Below are positions 32,172 to 43,422 of a stretch of 64,000 bases of DNA, piece after piece. The DNA is from Selaginella moellendorffii (lineage: Eukaryota > Plantae > Lycopodiophyta): the NCBI RefSeq assembly GCF_000143415.4, contig NW_003314301.1, positions 1,294,981-1,358,980 on the forward strand. Reading direction: 5' to 3'. The notes beneath the pieces were generated by a model that did no database searches, had not been told where the DNA came from, and worked only from the letters and a program-made list of their open reading frames with translations. The number at the start of each line of letters is the position of its first letter. The first letter of the stretch is position 1. A program made the position numbers and the translations under genes.

Positions 32172-35100
32172 GAGTAGTTCACCTCTATAGGTTGTAATAT
32201 ATAGTTGAGGTATGCAATACGATAATACTAACTAGGCACACTCGTACTTTCTTGTATTAAGACACCTCTATGATTGATATCTAAAACATCCACACACAAA
32301 ATAAAAGGTTGAGTGTAGTCAGGATGTGCCAAAACTAGAAAAGTTAATAACTCTTTGAGATCCATAAAGGCCTATTGTAAGGAACCAACTCGCCGAAGTG
32401 TCGTAGGCTAAAGGAGCCCCAAAACCATGACCAAAATGATAAAGAGTTCATCGGATGGGACTAAGTCTAAGATCGAGTTCAAGACCGACTCTAAAACCGA
32501 GTTCGAGATAGAGTCCGGAATTGAGTCCGAGACCGACTCGGAGACTGAGTTCGAGACCGAGTTTGAGACGGAGTCCGAGATCCGAAATCGGGTCCAAGAC
32601 CGAGTCCGAGATCGAGTCCAAGGTCGGGTCCAAAATCGGGTCCGAGATTGAGTCTGAGATCGAGTTCGAGACCGAATCCGAAGTCGGATCCGAGATTGAG
32701 TCCGAGATCGAGCCAAAGACTAAGTCCGAGTACTAATACGGGTCAAGGGGTGAAAGCCCAAAGCGTGTGTCTCCCAGGGGGGGGGCGCTGCAGGGGGTTC
32801 CAAAAGTATAGTAGGGATAGTGAGGTCCAGGAACCAGTTTTGAAGGAACTCTCCAGTGGGGCTTCCAAACTGACTTGAGGTTGGGACTGGGACCGAGGGG
32901 CCTTGGGTGGGAGTGAGCATGGACTTGGTTGGTGCCGGAGGGGCCATCCAAGGAAGTGCTCAAGAGCAGCTCTCACTCCCGAAAGGGAAACTAACTGCGG
33001 TGCTCCCGACTCATGTGGAGTGGTGCCTACTTGAGTACCATGTGGCTCATTGGTCCTCGCCCTTCCTAGAGGCTTGGACCTCCCCTTCGGGATGGAAGTG
33101 GGGGGGTAGAGGTACCCATACCGGGCCGTTAGGCCACGGTGTTTTGCCCCGGCGTCCCGAAGCATGCGTTGCACCTGAGACTTGGGATTTAGAGGGTCCC
33201 ATGATCAAGTCTTGTGGTACCAAGGGATGTTAGGAACCTGGAAGCTTGGTGTGCTTGGCTGCTTGTGCTTGTGGGGAGTGTAGCCGAACCTTAAGTCCAG
33301 TCTAACTCGAGGAGGGGGGATTGGGAGAGATTTCGGAATCCGTGGATGGACGGCTAACACTCCATTGCTCGTGCAGTGAGTAGCTAAAACCAAGTAGGAC
33401 TAAGTAGGAGCTAGTACCACAAGTGGGAACCTTGGTAAAGGAACTTAGCAAAAGCCAAGGCAGTGTTGGACGGATAGACGAGGTAAACTGGCAAATTAGA
33501 AAGGAAAAATTTGTGGCTTACACCTATTTACAATCTTCAAACCAGATGAAAGATGACATTAACAACTTTAGCAATATTTGCAATAGTGTAGTGCAACCAA
33601 AAATATGATCAACAAAATAACTAAGATACTGCATCTTACCCATGAAGCATTACACATTATTCACACATTTTGGAGTAGGGAACTTTAGAACAACCATGTG
33701 AAACACAAATCTCTAAACCCCAAAGTGGAGCTGAAAAGGTGCCATATAGTAGTGGTCGAAGTGGAAGTCCAACAAGTATGACATGTTTGGGCTAAAAGCT
33801 TTGACTTGGAAAGTTGAGAACAAGAGTGGAATTTTGATTAAAGTGCTCAAAGAATAAGCATGAAGCAATCAATGAATGAGTTTCTAATAAGGGATATAAG
33901 TGTAAGCAACCAAAGAGAACAACTCGAGAAGCAATCCATAAAAGTTCAAATATAGAGGGAAAGGGCCCATGAATAAAAGTGCACCCCTTTTTTTAATTGG
34001 TTAAGAGTCTTGGGATATTTAGGGTTAAGTGTCTTGGGTTTGAATAATACTGGGTTGAGTAACCTCCTGGGAAGTCCAAACTCAGGAGATTACATTTGGT
34101 ATCAGAGCGGTCTCAAGTTTGACTCTGTTGGTTCGCTAGGGGGATGGTCCAAAGTTGAGTTGAGCTCACGAGTTGAACTCAATTCAACACAAGTCAATGT
34201 AAGTCAATGTAGTCAACTATAACTCTTACAAAGAAAATCTATGTTAAAAAAATTAAGGTTCTGACAAACTTTAAAATATTAAAATATATGAATACCTAGG
34301 TCAAAAGTTTCTACTAGATTGAGTTATTTAGAAAATACTAAGTTCATGAGAACCTATCTATTTTCTTACTAAAGACTATCTTTACAACTATCATATTTTG
34401 ATTTTCTTACAATTCATTAAAAATCCTATATGAATCAAGATAAATTTTTTGAAGGGTAGCCATTAATAGTATATAATGGTAAGGCAATATATATTTACAC
34501 ACAATTCATTAATTCTAGAGTTCTTAAGTAAAATAAAATATCTGTAAGTAAGAGTTGTAGGGCAAATCAATGTGAGAATATTAATTTCCTTTCATTATCA
34601 CAATTTTCATCTAGTCCTTATTAGAATGTAAAGACCATTATATAGTGATTCATATAAAAAACTCTACTTACTTGCCTATAGCACAATCCTCCTATATGAG
34701 AAAACTAAGGTATATTTTTGGGATGAATCCCCACTAGCATTTTTCGAGAGTCATTTGTGAACAATAATAATAGAAATCAAAATATTTTAAAAGACTCAAA
34801 AGTGATATCACATCAAAGAATCAAGTTTATCTACATTTCCAAGATTGAGAGGTAATCTCACATAAGAGAATGCATGTGGGCCTGTGTGCTTGCATACTCT
34901 ACTACTATAATATAATTTATATTTCCTTGTGTATTTTTCTAGAAAGTTCAAGTGTAGAAAAAAATATATATAGATGGTCATTAAAATGATAAATATTCTA
35001 GCATGTGTATTTAGAATTCTAGAAGCTCTTCTATTCATAAATAGACTATGCTTTTGAAATCTCATTTCTGAGATTGACATTTCAAGAATCTGAGTATTAT

Positions 35101-36600
35101 TAGTGTCATAATAAATAAACCTTATTCCCAAGACTAAAAATTAATATATAAATGCCAAAAAAGTTAGTTATTATAATATTTTTATTATCCTTACACTCCT
35201 AAAAAATTTAATATAGAAATGGCTCAAAAGAAAGTCATTACTACTCGTCTATAAGTCCCTAACATCTCATATTAATTTCTACCTTCATCCCTAAGGTTTA
35301 CCAACATTCCACATTCATCTCCACCATAACCATATTACAATCTTCTTTCTATTAAAGGTTTTTATAAAGTCAAACTAAAACTCTCTGTATACAAAATTTT
35401 GAATATTGTTACTAAAGAGTGATTACCTCTAATGCTTCAAGAGCAGTGCCGCATGTTTTTGCAAGATCTTACTCTTGGTATGGCAAGACTACTTAAAAGC
35501 ACAAAATGCTATTATATTCAATGTCTAATATGCTACTTTTTTTTTGGACAAGACAAATGTCTTCATTACAAAATTTTCTTAAATTGCCTAACAATGGGCG
35601 TAGAAAGTGTGGATGTACAATAAATTCAAGAATAAATTATAGACACATACCCACTATTTCTTCATGGTGAGGAACAACATCCCCATGGGAAACAACGCAT
35701 TAGCTAGTGTAGAATATGGGTTTTTTAGGCTATTGACAAAGTCAATGATGGGGAGTTTTCTCAAGTTGAAGTCTATTACACCCAATCCATAGAAGATCTC
35801 ACTCTTGATTTAGTGGGAATTAATGAACAAATTGAGAGTTAATTCTAAGATGCCTAATATGCCTTTTTTTTCTTGGGTCAGGACATTTAAAAAGGGCTTT
35901 TATAGTTTTCTTGAGCATTGCTACATAATTAGTGTTATCACTTCATATAATTGTTGATAGGATATTGAAGGATGAGATGACAACACACAAATATTACAAA
36001 TTGATGGTTGCATGTGAGAATACCAATTTGCAATTTTGGAATATGATATTAACATTGATAACTAACACTGACACTATTACTGACGATTTGATATATGATA
36101 GGATTTTCTTCTCAAGTAAGGATTCATTTAACTTTCTTCTATGTCATCATCAACATGTCATTTCCTTCTATGCCTCCGTCTATATTGGGATTGTGCTCAC
36201 TTTGCATTTGTTAAGCTATAGCCTTTGCATACTTTAATAGACTTCTAAAACCTCCAACTCTAAAAACTCAAGGTGATTGTGATATATAAAACAAAACTAA
36301 ATATGTAATGAAATCATAATAAATATAAATTACCTCCTTGAGGTTAGAGGTAACTCTAAGCCAGTGTTTAAATAAATGATGTTTTTTAATAGCAAACACC
36401 AATCTACTAGAATTATATGCTACCTCCACCATATAACCATTACTTATTGTGCAATCAGTCACAATACTATCTAGTGGGTAATAGAGCTCAAGCAAAACTT
36501 GCATTGCTGATGGAGTTTCAAATCAATACCTAGGAATGTATTGCAAATCTACTCAACCACAAGATTCAATATGATGTTAGTGGCACTATTGGGCTCACCC

Positions 36601-37916
36601 AAGGCCAGAAACTGCCCAAGGTGGCGAGGCCGAGCTGGACCTCGGGCAGTTTGGGGATCCGGGGGCCCAAGGTTAACCTGGGGCCTTCGAGGCCAGAAAC
36701 TGCCCGAGGTGGCGAGCCGGACCTCGACCTCGGGCAGTTTGCGGGTCCAGGGGCCTGAGGTTATTTGAATAACCTCGAGCCCTCGAGGCCAGAAACTGCC
36801 CGAGGTGGCGAGCAGGACCTCGACCTCGGGCAGTTTCCGGGTCCGGGGGCCCGAGGTTATTTGAATAACCTCGGGCCCTCGAGGCCAGAAACTGCCCGAG
36901 GTGGCGAGCCGGACCTCCACCTCGGGCAGTTTCCGGGTCCGGGGGCCCGAGGTTATTTGAATAACCTCGGGCCCTCGAGGCCAGAAACTGCCCGAGGTGG
37001 CGAGCCGGACCTCCACCTCGGGCCCTCGAGGCCAGAAACTGCCCGAGGTGGCAAGCCGGACCTCGACCTCGGGCCCTCGAGGCCAGAAACTGCCCGAGGT
37101 GGCGAGCCGGACCTCGACCTCGGGCCCTCGAGGCCAGAAACTGCCCGAGGTGGCGAGCCGGACCTCGACCTCGGGCCCTCGAGGCCAGAAACTGCCCGAG
37201 GTGGCGAGCTGGACCTCGACCTCGGGCGGTTTCCGGGTCCAGGGGCCCGAGGTTATTTGAATAACCTCGGGCCCTCGAGGCCAGAAACTCCCTGAGGTGG
37301 CGAGCCGGACCTCAACCTCGGGCAGTTTCCGGGTCCGGGGGCCCGAGGTTATTTGAATAACCTCGGGCCCTCGAGGCCAGAAACTGCCCGAGGTGGCGAG
37401 CCGGCCCTCAACCTCGGGCAGTTTCGGGGTCCGGGAGCCCGAGGTTATTTGAATAACCTCGGGCCCTCGAGGCCAGAAACTGCCCGAGGTGGCGAGCCGG
37501 ACCTCAACCTCGGGCAGTTTCCGGGTCCGGGGGCCCGAGGTTATTTGAATAACCTCGGGCCCTCAAGGCCAGAAACTGCCCGAGGTGGCGAGCCGGACCT
37601 TGACCTCGGGCAGTTTCTGGGTCTGGGGGCCCGAGGTTATTTGAATAACCTCGGGCCCTCGAGGCCAGAAACTGCCCGAGGTGGCAAGCCGGACCTCGAC
37701 CTCGGGCCCTTGAGGCCAGAAACTGCCCGAGGTGGCGAGCCGGACCTCGACCTCAGGTAGTTTCCGGGTCTGGGGGCCCGAGGTTATTTGAATAACCTCG
37801 GGCCCTCGAGGCCAGAAACTGCCCGAGGTGGCGAGCCAGACCTCGACCTCGGGCAGTTTCCGGGTACGGGGGCCCGAGGTTATTTGAATAACCTCGGGAC
37901 CTCGAGGCCAGAAACT
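36601..37916. repeat. GC-rich tandem array of 96-bp and 51-bp palindromic units
   Basis: 17 occurrences of GGCCAGAAACT spaced 88, 96 (x10) or 51 (x5) bp; each 96-mer holds two inverted repeats. Confidence 0.95.
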
Positions 37917-40230
37917 ACTTGGCTTATACCCTATATTATTTTGTCAATAACATAGGATACATTTATATTGTATGTAAATATTTTTAAATTTTTTAAATGA
38001 TGGTATATATAGCACCTTTCAATATGTAAGTTATTTGAAAATTAATATTAGTTTTCCTATTTATATAGAAAGGATGCATTCTAAACAAGATTTCATACAT
38101 ATTTTGGATTCATAACAGAACTTTAAAGAGTATAAATCTGGTATGTTGCATTATTATATTAAATATATTGTACTATTTTAATCTATGAATGGATGAATCC
38201 ACATCCATAAATTTGTTTTGTATTGTGTATGAACCTAAATTATAGGCATATGCTCTAAATGTCATTGAGCAGTATTTGTATATATGGCTAAAACTCAACT
38301 TATATTGAGAATCAAAACTATGTCATCGAAGAATTATCATTACTAACATCACCTAACACTAAAGATTTGACAAACTATTGATATTTTACATGTGATCGGA
38401 TATCTTGCATCTCCATGCTAAAGCAGAATGTTATTACTATCATCACTAACAATCAAACTTCACGTGCTGAAAACTTTTTCTTGGATTTGTGTGCATGCAA
38501 TAGACAACAGAACATATGATAATACTATCACACTTACACATATTAGATATGCTATAGTATTTAAATTCATTTGTACATTGTTATTATTCTTCTTATTGAT
38601 CTCCTTAAATCTCAATTTATGTTTCACTATAGATTTTTACAAGTAGCATAAGGGAGATAGAGAACTCCAAAACCTATAAAGAAAGATGAAAAGGTTCTTC
38701 TACATTTTTGAGATCACCCACCGCTTTTGTTCTCTTAAAATCATGTTTCTAAAAGTTTTTTATGTTGCCATTTTTATCTTCATCTTGGCTCTATTTTGTT
38801 AGAGGTTGTGATCTGCAACAATACTAGTATGGTTGTTGCTTGGTGTTTTATCTTTCTAGTGTTGGCAAGGGTAGAAAGATAAAACATAAACCGAACTTTA
38901 TGGAGATTCAAGTTTATGGATCTCCAATCAAAGTGTTTAAACTAAAATGAATGTGTAGAAAGAGTTAGTCATCATCCTCTCTTCCTCTTCCAATTCAAGT
39001 GGAAAAACTATGCTAGTGTTAGCCCCAAATTCATGAATTCCATCTTCAGTAATATTCAAAGCTATTAGTAATGTTTTCCACTTTTCCCACTTCTCAGTCA
39101 AGATACACTTATTTCTATATATACCCATGAGTGAGCTTCCATCCTGCTACAACAACAATATCTTCTTTGATCTAAAACCTCTTATCAACAACACTAAAAG
39201 GGATGGAGATCAAGTAAAATGTCTAAAATTGGCGTAAGATCAAGACCACACACCTTTAGCATTTTGAAGGAATAGTGTCTATAGTTTATTGTTGTAGGCA
39301 TTTAGATTGCATAGATGAAACATGTAATCAAAATAGCTATAGAAATTTTATATTTTTTGAATTTTATATTATATTTCTATAATCAATCCTCTTGCCTGTG
39401 ACACCATTATTATTGCATTCAAGTGTTGGTTTTGCAAGAATTTTCCTTTATATTGTGCCATTTACAAGGGCAAAATGTATTACTTTCTTCTGTGGGATAG
39501 AGTGGTTAGAAGAGATGAAGTCTCTTATTTCTTCTTTATTTTTGTGGCCTTTTAATATTATCTTTTTAATTAGAACCAACCACTTGAGGACCTCACATAC
39601 ACCCCAATTATGAATCTCTTAAAAAATAAGCACTTAAGTTAGTATTCTTTTGAGGTAAAGAAAGAGAAGATAAATTTGTATAAAACATGTTTATTGGATT
39701 TGATATATACTATAAAGCAACCTTCAAAAGCATTAGCATTTAAGAAAGAAAGATATTAGAAACAAGGCCTTTTGTTCAGATATTACATAATGGGATAAAG
39801 AGGAAGAGGACTTCACCAGCTCAAAAAGTGGCAATTGTAGTTGAGAAAGTGGTTCATGGCACATCTATAAAGTACAATTCCTAAGCTTCTATTAGTAATA
39901 TGAAAATTGTTCACTTAAAGTGTTCTTTTTTCTTTATTGATGGTATAGGTCTTGGAGTAAAAAGCCTAATATTCAATAATAGACTTGATATTAAGTACCA
40001 TTTTGCTCCAAGATATTGCACATTGTCAAAATAAAAAATGGAGAGTACACAATTGTTATTCAATACTTTCCTTGCATATATCCAAACTTTACTAAGTACA
40101 AGAAATATAGGAAGGCATATATATACTACATTTTCATCAACACTTTACACTAAGATCCTAAAGTGGATATTCATATACATCATGCAAGCTTTATTACTAC
40201 TAAGTTGTAAGACTTTTAGAGCTAATAATA

Positions 40231-40684
40231 TATAGCACATGTGATCATGGGATGAGATTTGGATATACTGTCACAGTGGATCCTTGGAACTTTGGGGGAT
40301 AAATGGGGATAAAATAGCCATTAAGGGCTCTCTCATCAAGCAATTGCCCCTTTTCCAGTTGGTTTAAGGGGAGAGAGATAAAGTGTGTTACAGTTGGTAT
40401 CGGAGCAAATGGCACGGGTTCGATTCCCATTGATTAGTGGTTACTTAAAAATATAATATACCCTTGAACAAGGTATATTCCTACCCCTAAATTTGAAATC
40501 GTATGTATTGGGCATCCATGCGTGTGTGGAGTATCCATGGACGAAGGTATCCACCGTGGGACTGCGGTACGGGTGGATGACTGCGGTGCGGGTGGATGAC
40601 TAGTTGCTTCACATGGAATAGCTGGTCTACACAATGGAAGGATTGGTAGATTAGCTTAAGGGGAAAGAGATAAGATGTGCTACA
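40231..40684 (+). mobile_element. Miniature non-autonomous LTR element with mostly deleted 3' LTR
   Basis: LTR 40231-40392, PBS TGGTATCGGAGC, LTR tail TTAAGGGGA.AGAGATAA..TGTG.TACA repeated at ~40656-40684; perfect TSD TAATA. Confidence 0.75.
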
Positions 40685-43422
40685 TAATATTTTCCAAGAC
40701 TATCAATATTTATTCTCTATTAGTAATATATACTTTCATACTTTATATAATTAAAAGTAAAACATTCATTTCATTTTGTATACTTACAAGTTTTCTTTTT
40801 ACAATACTATTTGTAATACTAGTGTGCCTTTTTTTTCTATCTTTACCATCTTAAAATATATTTCATAGTAGTTTAGGGCCATGATATTGCAATATATTGC
40901 AAGAGTGTATATACTGTTGTACTGATTGCTGCCACTGTTTCCACCAAAAGCTAGAAATAAATATGGCATTTCTTGAAAGTCACGGAATTGTAATTTTTTA
41001 AAACAAATAGGGGGGCATTCTTTTTCACCTAAATTGTTGCATCTTTTATCATTTCATTTATCTCCAATATATGATCATTATTCTCATTATCCTCTTTTTC
41101 CATCTTTTATATGTTTTGAATGTGTTGTGCAATGGGATGAATATTACAGCTCCTAGTCTTTGAATTACTACAATGAGGAGAAAGATTTCAAGAGTTGAAA
41201 CTACCAACATTAGAACCATTTATTTTATGTTTTGATGAACTTAAATAAAATAATATATAGTAAATATTTAAATTCTTGGACAAAAAGCCTCCTCTAAAAT
41301 AGTTTTATCCATATAAAATGTAGAGAGTTATGAAAATATAGTATAAAGTTAGGTTTTCTATAACCTTAATTTTTCAAAATTTATAATATTTGTATTAAAT
41401 TGCAATTGAAAATTGAGCTCAACTCGCGAGCTCAATTTTTCAGCTCATGAGCTCAAAAGTGGTCCGCGCTCGTTGGCTAGGAGAATCACACCACATGTTA
41501 ATTGACATCTGGCAAGTGTTCAGTGTGGTCTGGCTCAGCTTGACCCGAGGGGTAGGGTGTCAAGAGAGTAAGGCTCTCGGGAGAGTTGCGGCTCTTAGCT
41601 TTTGTTCACGAGGGTGTGAACTTACAAAGAAGCGTGGTGGATTATAAACAACTAAAGAGAACAATTCAAGAAGCAATCCATAAAGGTTCAAATATAAAGG
41701 GAAAGGGACCATGAACAAAAGTGCACCCCTTTTTCCAATTGATTAAGGGTCTTAAAATATTTAGAGTTAAATGTCCTTGGGTTTGAATAGTATTGGGCTA
41801 AGTGACATCCCAGGAAATCTAAACTCATGAACTTACAATAAAAAGGATTGATACATAGTAAGTGTTGCGACATATGGAAGTGTCAAAAAGGAGTTTGAGA
41901 TGGAGTCTAAGAAGGAGTCCAAAATGGACATGAGATGGAGTTGGAGATGGAGTCCAAGATGAAGTCAAGATCCGAGACCGAGTCTAATCCGAGGTTGAGT
42001 CTGAGACTAAGTCTGAGTCCGAGGGTAAAAGCCAAAAAGATCGTCTCCCATACTCTAGGGGTTTAGTGAGCTCCAAAAGTATAATAGGGGGAGGACTCTA
42101 GTGGAGCCAGTTTAGCTAAGAAAGGCCAATGTGACCAAAGAAGGTTATACCTATGTGTTAAGTGATGATATATTTATTGAGGAGTCCAATGCTAGAATGA
42201 ATATAGACAAACAAGCAAGGTAGCTTGATGGAGTATTCAAGAGCTGGCTCTAGCTCCCCAAAGAGATTGAATGGTTAGTTATTTTTAGCATTGATTAGAA
42301 AAAGAAGTGCATTTTTATTTATGGGCTTTTTCTTTCTATATTTAAACCCTAATGACCTCATGCTCCCAATTTAAATGTGAGTGGCACTTGGACACCTAGC
42401 ATGGCTTATCAAAGCCTTGCTCTAGCCACATGGCTAAGGCAGTTATGAATGGATGGCCCAGTCTTTGAAAGATTGGGATTCTGATGCAAATAGTCTAAAA
42501 CTATCAATAAGACAAAGTTAAATGAATATAGCCTTAGCATAATAAATTGATATGTCAAAAGTACCTTTGGGGTGTTAATCATAAGATCAAATACATGCAA
42601 CACTTGGATCGAGCGCAAAGCCTAAATGGCATAGATGTCATTCACGAAGATAGTAAATCCCTAAGTCCAAAATATAACTTATGAAAGTTGTGAATGAGAC
42701 TCTTCCAAATGGTCAGTAGTGGAGTTAAATGACTAAAGTAGAATAAAAAATTTAATCATTTACATGCCATAAATTTGTCAAGATCCCTTACAAAAACTAC
42801 AATACATAAAATAAGGCGTATCCTTGGTCATACCCAAAATAAGCCATGGTCCAGATTGAAACCCATCTAATAGGTATTAAAATCTTACTATGTTAATTTA
42901 AGTATATGATTGTTAATATTAGTATATGACATTATAGTTATACACTTAAATGTCAAAAAGTGAATATTATTTATATATAATAAACTATATAAAGAAAAAA
43001 TTAACTATTAATTTAATGATTTTATAGAAAACTGTAAAATAACATTTAATACTTAAGAAATAAAATATATCTTTAATATTACTAAAGAATTTAATAAGGG
43101 TATAGACTGAAAGTTTTTCTAAGGCAAGTTTAACTACATGATTTACTATATATAACTTAAAAATTATTTACATTAATGTTTTTATTTTTATAGTAATTTA
43201 AAATTTAAATTATCTTTTACTTGCTCTATGTATGCTTTATAAAATTTTAATTATTATAAACTAATTATATAATATAATTTTTTATATTGTGAAATTATGA
43301 AATTTTAAAAATTGTAATATACTAAGAATGAGTGAAAATAAATATAGTTATAGTCATGATCATCTCTTATAGTTTTTTTTACTTTTTATAATTGTATAAT
43401 AGTTTAATACTTATTTTAATAT

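Larger units (their letters stand above)
25284..33522 (+). mobile_element. Ty3/gypsy chromovirus LTR retrotransposon (element B), disabled by stop codons, with intron-containing integrase
   Basis: 5' LTR 25284-26430 (TG...CA), PBS TGGTATCAGAGCC 26434-26446, gag with CYNCGEAGH knuckle, protease ILIDTGAS, RT VYIDD, RNaseH ETDASD, integrase, chromodomain (EYKVEAIL...FHVKWKGF...TWEPEENL), PPT before 3' LTR at 31662; TSD CCTAT at 25279-25283 and 33523-33527. Confidence 0.95.
34140..41471. mobile_element. Decayed DNA transposon-like insertion, probably Mutator-like (MULE)
   Basis: Flanked by gttcgctag (34131-34139) and gttggctag (41472-41480); imperfect TIRs beginning with G; shared subterminal TTGAGCTC(A/G)CGAGTTGA(A/G)CTCAATT in inverted orientation. 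No recognisable transposase ORF. Confidence 0.6.
33901..41837 (+). mobile_element. Second copy of the TRIM family, split by a 7.3-kb insertion
   Basis: LTRs 33901-34094 and ~41643-41837, PBS TGGTATCAGAGCGG, PPT AAGAAGCGTGGTGGA; interior matches the reverse complement of 23429-23630 on both sides of the insertion; TSD ataag/ataaa. Confidence 0.85.
22959..42955 (-). mobile_element. Old, highly decayed Ty3/gypsy element (element A, same family as 43423-48449) hosting nested insertions
   Basis: LTR ~22959-23132 followed by reversed PPT (catcctctcctc); decayed integrase/RNaseH at ~23900-25283 and RT at ~33528-33710 collinear with 44300-45720; matching LTR half at ~42848-42955. Outer TSD not recognisable. 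Confidence 0.65.

Noticed and set aside
36601-37916. CRISPR array or protein-coding gene in the palindromic repeat
   Set aside because: No unique spacers, no cas genes, eukaryotic context; frames lack an ATG start and contain stops.
38428-38646. SWIM-finger remnant (CVHAI) of a MULE transposase
   Set aside because: A single short match in AT-rich decayed sequence; could be chance.
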